A DNA stretch of 64,000 bases from positions 639,877 to 703,876 of the forward strand of contig CAWFQL010000012.1 of assembly GCA_963817915.1 (NCBI GenBank). Direction: 5' to 3'. The translations under genes were made by a program, and so were the position numbers. Below the pieces are notes generated by a model. It had not been told where the DNA came from. It ran no database searches and was given only the letters and a program-made list of their open reading frames with translations. This document shows positions 40,072-50,517 of the stretch, in pieces (position 1 is the stretch's first letter; every line of letters starts with the position of its first letter). The DNA is from an uncultured candidate division Zixibacteria bacterium (GTDB lineage: Bacteria; Zixibacteria; MSB-5A5; UBA10806).

Positions 40072-40707
40072 TTATTTTTTTAGGCCGTTGACAATCAAAT
40101 CATAAAAGGAGTTAATTAATTCAATGCGACGCCCTGGATCGTACCGATTGGCGACAATTTCGCTTCTTATAATAAATTGGACAAAGCCCCTGCTGAGCGC
40201 CCAGAGAAGCATTCCGGTTATTTCTGAATTCAGCCCGATTCTTATTGAGCCATCTGCCATGCCGTCAATCACCGCCTCGGAGACAATTTTGCGGGATTTT
40301 TCGCCAATATCAAAATATTCCTGTACCAATGGTTGATCTTTGATCTGTTCCAATTGCATCTTTTCACAATGAAGAATTAAATCAAAATATTGCGGATAAT
40401 TAGTGGCGAATTCCAAATATACTTCACCCATCTTCTTAATTTTGTCCATCCCGGTTTTGCCATGTGCTATAGCCTCACAGAAGAGCTTGTATAATTTCCG
40501 TATTGCTCGAATATCCGCGGCCAGGATTAATTCTTCTTTGCTCCTGTAATACAGGTAAATAGTCCCCTTGCTGAGTTCAGCCTCAGACGCCACTTCATCC
40601 ATCGTCGCGGCCTCAAAACCTTTGGCAATAAAGATCCTTTCAGCGGCATCCAAAATCTCATCCCGTCTTTTGAGTTTTTCTCTTTCTCTTCTTGGTTTTA
40701 CTGCCAT
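40072..40707 (-). CDS. TetR/AcrR family transcriptional regulator
   Basis: ILDAAERIF..KGFE.ATMDEVA.EAELSKGTIYLYY.SKEEL. Confidence 0.95.
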   Translation of the reverse strand: MAVKPRREREKLKRRDEILDAAERIFIAKGFEAATMDEVASEAELSKGTIYLYYRSKEELILAADIRAIRKLYKLFCEAIAHGKTGMDKIKKMGEVYLEFATNYPQYFDLILHCEKMQLEQIKDQPLVQEYFDIGEKSRKIVSEAVIDGMADGSIRIGLNSEITGMLLWALSRGFVQFIIRSEIVANRYDPGRRIELINSFYDLIVNGLKK

Positions 40708-40722
40708 GATAGCTCCTATGTA

Positions 40723-40751
40723 CTTATATTCATTAAATGACCGACGGTCAA
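40723..40751 (-). promoter_or_regulatory. tetR promoter overlapped by palindromic operator
   Basis: Minus strand TTGACC-N17-TATAAG; palindrome TGACCG-A-CGGTCA at 40738-40750. Confidence 0.7.
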
Positions 40752-40985
40752 TATATTTTCTTTAAGGGATATGCCATCGCATTCCTCCGCGGGATTGCCG
40801 AAATAAAATATCATAAAATTATGCATTATCCTGCATAATTCTCATGGTTATTTCATCCATATCTTTTCCTGCAATAATTGATGTGCCGGTAACCCGTTAA
40901 CGTGGAACAGGTTGTATTCTTTCAGGTTCACATACATAAAGGCACACCCTTTGCTTTAGTCTTAAGTGAAAGGAGAATTTTATTT

Positions 40986-41471
40986 ATGCAGGATTTGATA
41001 CAGTGCTTTTTCTTTGGAATTAAGTATGATAAAAATAATGATATAAAGTCTAAGGGATTAATTGGATTTGCAATTCCAGATTTAGGCATAATATTCCGAT
41101 CGCAATGGAATGGCACTTTATATGAAATTCAATACGCGGCATTGCTTTCACTCTTAAAATTTATCGAATCTAATAAGAAGACCCTGGCTGGAGTCCAATT
41201 CGAAATACTCTCCGATAGCGCCGTTGTCGTCTATCAGATAGCCAATAAGCGGTCAATCTCCCATAGTCTAATGCCATTTTATAATACTGTTATCAGCTAT
41301 AAATCAAAAATAAGCTATAGAGTCAGTTGGGTACCATATCATGAGAATATCGCCATAGTCGGCCTGCCCGACACGCCTCCGCTGAAGCCGGATTTCAATT
41401 TTAATTTCGGCAATGGCGAAATGTCCAAATTAAAGGAACTTGGACAGGGACATATTGACTTATTATCTTAA
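40986..41471 (+). CDS. Degenerate RNase H-like (RNase HI fold) protein
   Basis: AAGGAG RBS; G.IGF, YE.QYAAL...L, EILSDSAVVVYQI, VSWVP..EN..A pattern. Confidence 0.6.
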   Translation: MQDLIQCFFFGIKYDKNNDIKSKGLIGFAIPDLGIIFRSQWNGTLYEIQYAALLSLLKFIESNKKTLAGVQFEILSDSAVVVYQIANKRSISHSLMPFYNTVISYKSKISYRVSWVPYHENIAIVGLPDTPPLKPDFNFNFGNGEMSKLKELGQGHIDLLS

Positions 41472-41553
41472 GTAAATGATATTGACTGTGCGTTTAATTA
41501 TCTGTATTTTTAGACTCAATGAACAAATATCAAAGTAAGCCTTCGGAGGAAAA

Positions 41554-44140
41554 ATGCGTGCTGTGATCGCTTTATTGGCTATTATATGTCTTTGTATCGG
41601 AATTCCCGCAATGGCAGGCAGTAATTCGCTGGCGTGGGATGGCCCAAACACCCTGACCATGCCCAGGTTGAATCCGACAATCGATTCCAAACTGGCGAAT
41701 TCGTTGGTGCTATCATCAGCAAACACCACGACTCCGGTCTGGATTTTCTTCACCGATAAAAATATTTTCTCGCAAAGCGATTTTTATAGCAGCCTCAATC
41801 AGGCCCAATCGAATCTTACTCCGGCGGCTTATCAACGTCGTCTTAGGGTCAGGGGCATTGATAATTTAATCGATTTTCGTGATCTCCCGGTTAATTCGAA
41901 TTACGCCGGTCAGGTCTTAGCCACAGGCGCGAAAATTCGTCAGACCCTGAGATGGTTCAATGCTATCACAGTAGACGCGACTCCCGCTCAAATTAATCAG
42001 ATTGCCGGTTTGCCGTTTGTTCGCCTGGTAAAATCCGTAGCCTATTCGAATGCCGATTTTAATCCACCATTGAGCCCGATCGTCCCTGATCTAAGCCTCG
42101 TTACCCTAAATTACGGTCCATCCGGCGCTCAATTGAACCAGATCAACGTCGTCCCCGCGCATGAGCTCGGCTTTAAAGGACAAGATATTATTGTTTGTAT
42201 GATGGATGTTGGATACAAGAAGGGGCACGATGCCTTTTTGAATATTATAGAAAGCGGCAGGTTGCTTGCCGAGTATGATTTTATTAATCATGATAACGAT
42301 ACCGATTATGATCCCAATCAGGATACTCCTTCTCAGGCCGACCACGGCACGTTGACTTGGTCAACTCTCGGCGGCGAATCAACTACGCATCTTTATGGAC
42401 CGTCGTATATGGCGAAATTCGTTCTCGCCAAGACTGAAGATGTATCATCCGAACGGCATATTGAGGAAGACAATTGGTCCGCGGGCGCGGAATGGGCCGA
42501 TTCAATAGGAGCTTCGGTTATATCGTCTTCATTAGGTTACAGAGTCTTTGATCAAGGTCAGGGTGATTATTCATACGAAGATCTGAATGGTCATACTACG
42601 ATAGTGACTTTGGCGGCCGCCCAAGCCGCCCGCAACGGAATTATTGTTTGCAACGCCATGGGCAATGAAGGTAATACTCCCGGTTCCTTGATCGCTCCGG
42701 CAGACGCCGATTCGATTCTATCATGTGGAGCGGTAGATGTGTCGGGAACTTTGACATATTTTTCATCCTGGGGACCGACATATGACGATCGTATCAAACC
42801 GGAAGTCTGTGCTCAGGGTTCTGGCACGGTTTGTGCCGATCCATATAATTTGCACGGCTATACTACGGCATCTGGCACATCGCTTATCGACACCTCTCGT
42901 CGGCGGCTCTGCCGGCGTGCTTCTTTCGGCGCATCCAAATTGGACACCGGTGATGGTTCGTGAAGCGCTCATGATGACTGCCGATCGGGCCGCGACCCCT
43001 GCCAGCGATTATGGCTGGGGGATTATGGATGTTAGCAGGGCGCTTTATTATCATCCTCAGGGAGATATAGTTATCAATCACAATCCTTTGATATTTGCCC
43101 AGGCTAATCAGCCGATTAATATCAGCGCCGAAATTACCGGAGGCTCCGGTATCGCTAATGCCTATCTGTATTATCGTCTGAACGATATCGGCGACTATGC
43201 TGAAATTCATATGAGTACATCAGATAATCAGAATTTTACAGCGCAAATTCCGCAACAGTCCGGCGGTACAGTTAGCTATTATATAAAGGGTGTCGATTCC
43301 AACGCGGCATTTGCATTTATGCCTGTTGGCGGCCTTATGCATCCAATCGCATTGACTTATGATTCCCAGAGCTTTGCTGAATCATTCGAGCAAGGCCAAT
43401 CATATTGGGTTTCGGGTGGCATAAATAACAGCTGGGGTCTTACTGCCAAATACAGTCATACCGGGAATCTTTCAATCACGGATTCTCCAACGGGAAATTA
43501 TGCTGCCAATACTAATAGCTACCTGGCGTCTAATTTTGATTTAGACCTTTCCTATATCTCCGGCGCCAACCTGACCTTCTATTATCGTGGTATATTGCAA
43601 TCTGGCCGTGATACTCTTTATGTCGATATTTCTCCCGATGGTGGATCGACATGGAGCCCGCTGCCCCAGGCAATCACAGGTTCATTTATGAGCTGGAATA
43701 CATATTCGGCTGATTTGCTAAGTTACGCGGGTCACGCCAATGTTAGAATCCGTTTTCATCTTGTGACCGATGGCTCGACAAATCGCGAAGGTATCTATAT
43801 CGACGATATCACAATCAGCAGGTTAACCACCGGCGTCGAAAACAATATTTCCGAGCTTCCCAGAGCATTCACGCTGAATCAAAACTATCCCAATCCATTC
43901 AACCCCTCCACGAAGATATCATTCAATCTTTCTCAGAAGGGCATGACCTCTCTGACCGTTTACGATCTTATTGGCAGGAAAGTGAAAACACTTGTAGCCG
44001 GTGATTTAGAGGGCGGCGCGCATGACATTATATGGGATGGAACTAACCAAGCCGGAATGAATGTCGCCAGCGGAATTTACCTCTATAAATTGGATGCCAA
44101 TGGTGTCAGTCAGGCCAGACAGATGACGCTTCTTAGATAG
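41554..44140 (+). CDS. Secreted S8 (subtilisin-like) serine protease with accessory domains and T9SS/FlgD-type sorting domain; +1 frameshift at ~42884
   Basis: Signal peptide; triad MMDVG, HGT, SGTS; AMGNEG; KPEV.A.G. The second frame continues STPLVGG...HPNWTP; C-terminal QNYPNPFNP...SGIYLY...MTLLR. Confidence 0.9.
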
Positions 44141-44168
44141 CAATTGGATAATATTAGCAAATACCATT

Positions 44169-44200
44169 AATGGGATTCGCATATCGAATCCCATTTTTTT
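44169..44200 (+). terminator. Intrinsic terminator
   Basis: AATGGGATTCG/CGAATCCCATT stem followed by a T-run. Confidence 0.8.
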
Positions 44201-44412
44201 CTTTTGGAAATCCCTCAATTATCGGCCGAATGGAATAATTCAAATTTCTCGAAGCAATATTATTCTTCCGCTACGGGTCGGAATTGTTAAAGCCTGTCAT
44301 TCCGCTATGCTCGAAATATAGCCGGATCGCGAAAATTAATCGTAACCTCTGGCATCGATTAGACGTAAAATAAGTATAATGGGGTACTTGCAAATAAAGG
44401 GAGAATATTGAT

Positions 44413-45495
44413 ATGAAAAAAGCTGTAATTACCGGCATCGTAATCATTGTCCTGGGATCGGTGGCGTTCCTGGCATTCGGGTCATCCAAAGACAAAAAAG
44501 CTGATGTCAAATTAGTCTCCGTAACAAGGAATAATATAGTTGAAAAGGCGTTAGCTATTGGAAGGCTCGAGCCTCGTCAGGAAGTCCAGGTTAAATCAAA
44601 GATTTCAGGCAATGTTACGAAGCTGCATGTCGATATAGGCGATATTGTCAGGGCAGGCGATCCGCTGATAACGATCTCTCCCAATCCGACCCCACTTGAA
44701 TACGCCGAAACCAAAAGGCAATTGGATTTAGCCAAAGTCGATTTTCAAAATGCCGAAACAATGTACAAACGAAATCAGGGAATGTTTGACAAGAAACTCA
44801 TCAGCCAGCAGGAATTTGACGGCAGCGCTACTTTATATTCGGAAGCTGAATTGAGGCTCAAGCTTGCCCAGGAACGGCTCGATCTTTTGCAGAAGGGAGT
44901 TACTGCCGATGGCAAGAACGAGAACTTTATCGTGTCGCCAATCGACGGAACTGTTCTTGAAAAATTGGTCGATGAAGGCGATCCCGTCGTACCCCTTACT
45001 TCTTATCAGGCGGGTACTCCTCTACTTACTCTTGCGCCGATGGAAACGCTCATATTCAAAGGAACAGTAGACGAAATCGACGTGGGCAAGCTGGTCGAGG
45101 GAATGCCAGTCAATATAAAGATCGGAGCGCTGCCCAATGATAAATTATCCGGACGTCTTTCAAAAATTTCACCAAAGGCCAAAAAACAGGACAATACAAC
45201 TCTGTTCGATCTCGAGGTGGAGATAGACAGTCTCGGTAAGAAACAGCTTCGCGCCGGATATTCAGCCAACGCGGAAATCATTATAAGCAAAAAAGACAGT
45301 GTGCTCGTAATCCCCGAGAGACTGGTGACATTTGCTGGGGATACGGCCAAAGTTGAGCTTCAAGATTCCACTACAAAGAAGATTGATTTCAAGGTAATTA
45401 AGGTTGGGCTGTCAGATGGCCTCAATATAGAAGTCACCGATAGCCTGGCATTGGGTCAAAATGTGGTCGAACGTCCGCCGAAGGAGATCCAATAA
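44413..45495 (+). CDS. Periplasmic adaptor subunit (MacA/YknX-like)
   Basis: N-terminal TM helix; VKSKISG.V..L.V..GD.V..G; SPIDGTV; VDEIDVGK; IPE; VGLSDG. Confidence 0.9.
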   Translation: MKKAVITGIVIIVLGSVAFLAFGSSKDKKADVKLVSVTRNNIVEKALAIGRLEPRQEVQVKSKISGNVTKLHVDIGDIVRAGDPLITISPNPTPLEYAETKRQLDLAKVDFQNAETMYKRNQGMFDKKLISQQEFDGSATLYSEAELRLKLAQERLDLLQKGVTADGKNENFIVSPIDGTVLEKLVDEGDPVVPLTSYQAGTPLLTLAPMETLIFKGTVDEIDVGKLVEGMPVNIKIGALPNDKLSGRLSKISPKAKKQDNTTLFDLEVEIDSLGKKQLRAGYSANAEIIISKKDSVLVIPERLVTFAGDTAKVELQDSTTKKIDFKVIKVGLSDGLNIEVTDSLALGQNVVERPPKEIQ

Positions 45496-46728
45496 TTGAA
45501 ACTCCTTATTGTACTTAAGCAATTCCTGCAGGATATTCGCAAGCAGAAGCTGCGAACATTTCTGACGACATTCGGCATTGTCTGGGGCACTGCCGCAACC
45601 GTGATATTGACAGCTTTCGGTGAGGGCCTCTACCGCCATAATCATAAGCAATTTTTAGGTATGGGAGAACGGCTTGTTGTTGTGTGGGGCGGAGTGACAT
45701 CTCAACCTTATAAAGGTCTGCCGAAAAATAGATGGATAAGGATCGGTGATGAAGATATCGAAATGCTAAAAAAGGAAATTCCGCAAATCACCGTGGCCTC
45801 TCCGGAATATTCAGGGTCGACAATGCTGACTTATGGGAAAAAGACAATTTCCCAAAATGTTATCGGAGTTCTTCCCGAGTGGGGACTGGCCAGAAATATT
45901 ATCCCTGAGATGGGGGGAAGATTCCTCGACAAAAACGATGTCGATTACAGAAAGCGGGTTGTCTTCATTGGAAACAATATTCGCGATGATGTTTTTGGGG
46001 CAGATTCAAAACCTGTCGGCAAATATATCACAATCCATGGCGCACCATTTCTTGTTGTTGGTGTCCTGCAAAAGAAGGATCAAAATTCGTCATACAATGG
46101 CCGCGATGGATATAAAGTATTTATTCCATCAACGACTTTTAAGGCAATATGGGGGCATGAATATCCCCAGAATATGATATATCAGGTATCTGATCCGACT
46201 CGCTCGAAATCGGTAAAGGATCAGGTGTTCAAAGTGCTGGGCAGGAAATTTTCATTTAATCCTAAGGACGACCAGGCGCTTTTTGTATGGGATACCAATG
46301 AAAGCCTGAAACAATGGATGCCTTTTTTTGATGGTCTCAAAATATTCATGGGGATCATCGGCATTTTCACGTTGCTGGTAGGAGGGATAGGAACCGCAAA
46401 TATCATGTACGTAGTGGTCAAAGAACGGAGCCGGGAAATTGGTCTTAAGATGGCTCTCGGCGCCACAAGAGTTTATATTATGAGCCAAATTATAATTGAA
46501 TCACTTCTAATAACCCTTATTGGCGGATTTGCCGGATTTATGATTGCCAAGATGTTCGAAATTGGATTCCCTTACTTGAAATTAAACCAGTATGTCGGCA
46601 ACCCCTTCATTACGACTCAATCAGTGATAATAGCGGCGACGGTAATCGGCACGATCGGATTATTGGCCGGGTATTTTCCGGCGCGCCGGGCGGCTCGTCT
46701 TGATCCGGTCGTGGCGTTGAGGATGTGA
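45496..46728 (+). CDS. MacB-like ABC permease
   Basis: KLRTFLT.FGIVWG, GGIGTANIMYV.VKER.REIG, PARRAA.LDPV.ALR. Confidence 0.92.
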   Translation: MKLLIVLKQFLQDIRKQKLRTFLTTFGIVWGTAATVILTAFGEGLYRHNHKQFLGMGERLVVVWGGVTSQPYKGLPKNRWIRIGDEDIEMLKKEIPQITVASPEYSGSTMLTYGKKTISQNVIGVLPEWGLARNIIPEMGGRFLDKNDVDYRKRVVFIGNNIRDDVFGADSKPVGKYITIHGAPFLVVGVLQKKDQNSSYNGRDGYKVFIPSTTFKAIWGHEYPQNMIYQVSDPTRSKSVKDQVFKVLGRKFSFNPKDDQALFVWDTNESLKQWMPFFDGLKIFMGIIGIFTLLVGGIGTANIMYVVVKERSREIGLKMALGATRVYIMSQIIIESLLITLIGGFAGFMIAKMFEIGFPYLKLNQYVGNPFITTQSVIIAATVIGTIGLLAGYFPARRAARLDPVVALRM

Positions 46729-46729
46729 T

Positions 46730-47986
46730 ATGCTTTTAGCTTATAAAATAGCGCTGTTTCTTAAAGTCATGCTTCGCGAGTTCAAGGCTCAGAAGCTAAG
46801 AATGGGTCTGACAATACTTGCGATCACATGGGGTACTATCGCCATAACTCTTCTTATGGCATTCAGCGTGGGTATCGAACGTCAAATGCGAAAAGCCGGT
46901 GCAGGGCTCGGGAAGGGTGTAGTTATTTTATGGCCCGGTTCGACTACCATGCCTTATCAGGGCCTGCCACAGGGTAGAAGAATCGTATTCAAGCCGGAAG
47001 ATATGGACCTCATTAAAGAACGAGTTTCTGAAATTGACAAGATTTCGGGCGAATATATGCGCTGGGGAGTTAGTATTGCCTATGGCAGCAAACAAGTCAG
47101 CAAGCTGGTCAGCGGCGTCTATCCCGTTTTCGGAGAAATTCGTTCCCATGTGCCGCAGATGGGAGGAAGATTTATCGATCCAATTGATTTCCAGAATAAA
47201 AAGCGCGTGATATTTTTGGGCGACAAAGTTGCCAAGGAATTATTTGCCGGTGAAGATCCAATCGGAAAATTAGTGATGGTTAATAATGTACCGTTCAATG
47301 TAATAGGAGTATTGGTGAATAAATTGCAGGATTCCAACTATCATGGATCGGATGATGACTACGCGGTCATCCCAGCATCTACATTCGTTATGATTTTTGG
47401 TGATCCATATTTTGATAATATTGTATATACCATAAAACCCGGCGTCGATTCAAAGGCTGCAGAAGCGTCATTATTCAGAGTACTTGGTGCAAAATACCGT
47501 TTTGACGCAAAGGATACTCACGCGCTCTGGTTATGGGATACGGTTGAGCAGGCCGAGGAAATGCGCAAGATGTTCTTGGGTATTACGATCTTCATGTGGT
47601 TTATAGGTGGCATGACATTGGTGATTGCCGGTGTGGGCGTGGCTAATATCATGTATGTGGCGATTCGCGAACAGACCAGAGAAATCGGCACTAAGATGGC
47701 TCTGGGGGCGGAAAGGCGGCATATTATATTCCAATTCATGACAGAAGCGATGTCTATCGCGCTTCTTGGCGGAACGCTTGGCTTGATATTCAGTGTTGCT
47801 GTAATACGGATTTTCTGGCTTTTCCCCATGGAAGGTGCGCTTGCTTTTCTTAGCCGCCCATTTATCAATTGGCCCGTTGCCTTCGCGACTGTCGCGACAT
47901 TATCGATAATCGGTTTTCTCGCGGGATTTTTCCCGGCCCGCAAAGCGGCGTCAATAAACCCGGTGGAAGCATTGAGGTATGAATAA
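46730..47986 (+). CDS. MacB-like ABC permease (second paralogue)
   Basis: KLR..LT...I.WG, GVGVANIMYV, REIG.KMALGA, PARKAA.INPVEALRYE. Confidence 0.92.
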   Translation: MLLAYKIALFLKVMLREFKAQKLRMGLTILAITWGTIAITLLMAFSVGIERQMRKAGAGLGKGVVILWPGSTTMPYQGLPQGRRIVFKPEDMDLIKERVSEIDKISGEYMRWGVSIAYGSKQVSKLVSGVYPVFGEIRSHVPQMGGRFIDPIDFQNKKRVIFLGDKVAKELFAGEDPIGKLVMVNNVPFNVIGVLVNKLQDSNYHGSDDDYAVIPASTFVMIFGDPYFDNIVYTIKPGVDSKAAEASLFRVLGAKYRFDAKDTHALWLWDTVEQAEEMRKMFLGITIFMWFIGGMTLVIAGVGVANIMYVAIREQTREIGTKMALGAERRHIIFQFMTEAMSIALLGGTLGLIFSVAVIRIFWLFPMEGALAFLSRPFINWPVAFATVATLSIIGFLAGFFPARKAASINPVEALRYE

Positions 47987-48703
47987 ATGAATAATAATGG
48001 CTATTTGATATCGATGAAGAATATCACCAAAGTTTATCAGTCCGGTAAAATTTATGTGGAAGCATTGAAGGGGATTGACCTGGATATCAAACGGGGCGAA
48101 TTTGTCGCCGTTATCGGGCCATCAGGTTCGGGCAAATCGACTCTTATGAATATAATGGGCTGTCTCGATTCGCCATCGGCAGGCACATATCATCTCGATA
48201 ATCAGCCGGTTGCTGATATGACCATCCATCAGTTGGCTTCGATTCGCAATAAAAAAATCGGCTTTATATTCCAAAATTTCAATCTTCTGGCTTATGCGAC
48301 TACATATGAAAATGTTGAATTGCCGTTAATCTTCGCCGGAAAACCCGGCGCGTATCGCAAAGAAAAGGTAATGGATAGCCTTTCGAAAGTTGGGCTGGCT
48401 GATTGGGCCGAGCATAAGCCCACCGAGCTTTCAGGCGGTCAGATGCAGAGAGTTGCCATAGCTCGTTCTTTAGCTAATGATCCCGATATCATTTTGGCGG
48501 ATGAGCCGACCGGCAACCTCGATTCTCATTCCGGTTCTGAGATTATCGATTTGTTTGAGAAGCTTAATTCAACCGGCTGTTCTGTCGTCACGATTACGCA
48601 TGATATGAATATCGCTAATCGGTGTCATCGAATAATAAGGATAAAGGACGGCTTGATCGAATCAGAGAAGCAGAATGGCCACGGCGCGCTTCCTTTGATA
48701 TAA
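47987..48703 (+). CDS. ABC ATP-binding protein (LolD/MacB type)
   Basis: GPSGSGKST, LSGGQMQRVAIAR, ADEPTGNLD, ITHD. Confidence 0.95.
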   Translation: MNNNGYLISMKNITKVYQSGKIYVEALKGIDLDIKRGEFVAVIGPSGSGKSTLMNIMGCLDSPSAGTYHLDNQPVADMTIHQLASIRNKKIGFIFQNFNLLAYATTYENVELPLIFAGKPGAYRKEKVMDSLSKVGLADWAEHKPTELSGGQMQRVAIARSLANDPDIILADEPTGNLDSHSGSEIIDLFEKLNSTGCSVVTITHDMNIANRCHRIIRIKDGLIESEKQNGHGALPLI

Positions 48704-48727
48704 ATTAATATTGATTATTTTATAAAC

Positions 48728-48758
48728 TGCCGCTAATAATATTATTAGTGGCATTTTT
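48728..48758 (+). terminator. Terminator-like hairpin
   Basis: TGCCGCTAATAA/TTATTAGTGGCA followed by TTTTT. Confidence 0.55.
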
Positions 48759-48790
48759 ATTGATAAAATGAACTGATAAAGGGGATTAGT

Positions 48791-50353
48791 ATGCTAAGAA
48801 AGCTAATTTTAATGGTCGCTTTATTGTTTGTCTTGTCCGGTGTGGCGTTTGCTGCTAACTGGCAAAAGGATTTGGATAATTTAATTTCGACGACATCGAA
48901 ATCAATTCAGGATTCGCTCATAAAGCAAATTGTATCTGCGAAATCCTGATTGGAAAGAAGTTGCGATCATATCAAATCCATTAAATTTCCTAATTCCGAA
49001 AAAGGTGTTGTCATTAGTGATTCAACTACCTGTATCGACGATGTCACCCGTCCGTGGTCGATCTATATTCCGGGTTCGATACAATCCGCGAGGTACCCAC
49101 TCCTATGATCGTTTATCTTCATGGGCTGGCTTCGCGCCCGAACGTAGTCGATAGCGCGAAGGTCTGGCTTGAACAGCAACTGATCCTGCCATTCGCCGAA
49201 AAAAATGGTTATATAGTTCTTGCCCCATTTGCTCAATTTAAGGCTACCTGGTGGGACGAAGTCGGCATGACAAATGTCCTGAATCTTATCCGCACCGCCA
49301 AACGGGTCTTCAATATCGATGACGACAGGGTATACATGGGTGGTTTTTCTGATGGCGGATCGGCATCGTATCTTTTCGCAATGGTTAAGCCGACTGATTT
49401 TGCGGCCTTTGTCGCGCTCAATGGCGATATGGGAGTTGGCAGTCAGGATGGTGATTTGCCGACCTATGCACCGAACTTCTTTAATTCACCAGTATACGCT
49501 GTATCTACCGACAATGACGCTTTGTATCCTACAAAGGATATCGTTAAGACTATCGAAATGGCCAATCGCGCCGGTGGGAAAATTTATTATCGCCAATTGA
49601 TCGGTACTCATGAGCTCGATTATGGCGATACCGAATTCCCATTGATTTTCGATTATCTGAAAAGCCATCCACGCAACGATTTTCCAATCCAAGTAAACTG
49701 GGAGACTGCTATAAAAGGATTCGGCGCCTGCAAATGGCTCGCTATCGATGAAATTACAATTGATGATCCTGCGCCGTGGCATACAGACTATAATACCTGC
49801 TTTATTGACAGCAGCCTTTCGGTCGGTGTTATGCCGGATTATAATTTTAAGGGTATTGGGTTTAGCATAGCGCGGCCGATGGAAACCGATTGCCTTGCCA
49901 AACGATTGGGCTTGAAGGCCGGTGACATTATCGTAAAGGCCAATTCTATTGTGATAAATAATATCGATGACCTCGACAAATTCAAGAAACAATCGAGGCG
50001 GGGCGATTATGTTGAGATGACTAGTCAAACGAGGCGGTTCCGAGATAATGTTGAGAGGTCATTTTCCTGCCCCCAAAAATTACTATTTATTTAAGCGAGA
50101 ACAACCGTCGGCAATGGCGAAGGCCTCATATTTAGCCAATAAATTTGACATTCAAACATCGAGGGTTGGGGCGTTCCGCATACTCATTTATCCAGAAATG
50201 ATCAATTTAGATCAAAATGTGAAGGTCACTGTCAATGGCCAAACACTCTTTGACGGGGCAGTGAAGCCGGACCTGGAATTTATGCTGCGGGATTTTATTG
50301 AAAACCGGGATCGCAAACTCCTTAATATTGCCGAGATAAAGCTAAAATTGTAG
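48791..50353 (+). CDS. Secreted alpha/beta hydrolase (esterase/PHB-depolymerase-like) with inserted PDZ domain; several frameshifts (~48942, ~48965, ~49078-49090, ~50022)
   Basis: Signal peptide MLRKLILMVALLFVLSGVAFA at 48791; reconstructed RPWSIYIP..Y.P..PTPMIVYLHG; RVYMGGFSDGG nucleophile elbow; LAKRLGLKAGDIIVKAN PDZ motif. Confidence 0.75.
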
Positions 50354-50517
50354 CAGCTGGCACTATCGAGTAATTTAATTCTCGTTAACATAGAACAGCT
50401 GCTCAAACCGTTTGTCGTTCTGACGTATCACTAATAAATAGTGATATTATTGGCTTTATTTATTCATTGACTTAATTGTCGGGTATCAATAAATTTAGGT
50501 CAACAGGAGGATTCCTA

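Noticed and set aside
9080..42890. Programmed frameshifting or phase variation in btuB, gldFG and the S8 protease
   Set aside because: No common slippery heptamer, long homopolymer or stimulatory structure; clustered indels elsewhere indicate sequence error
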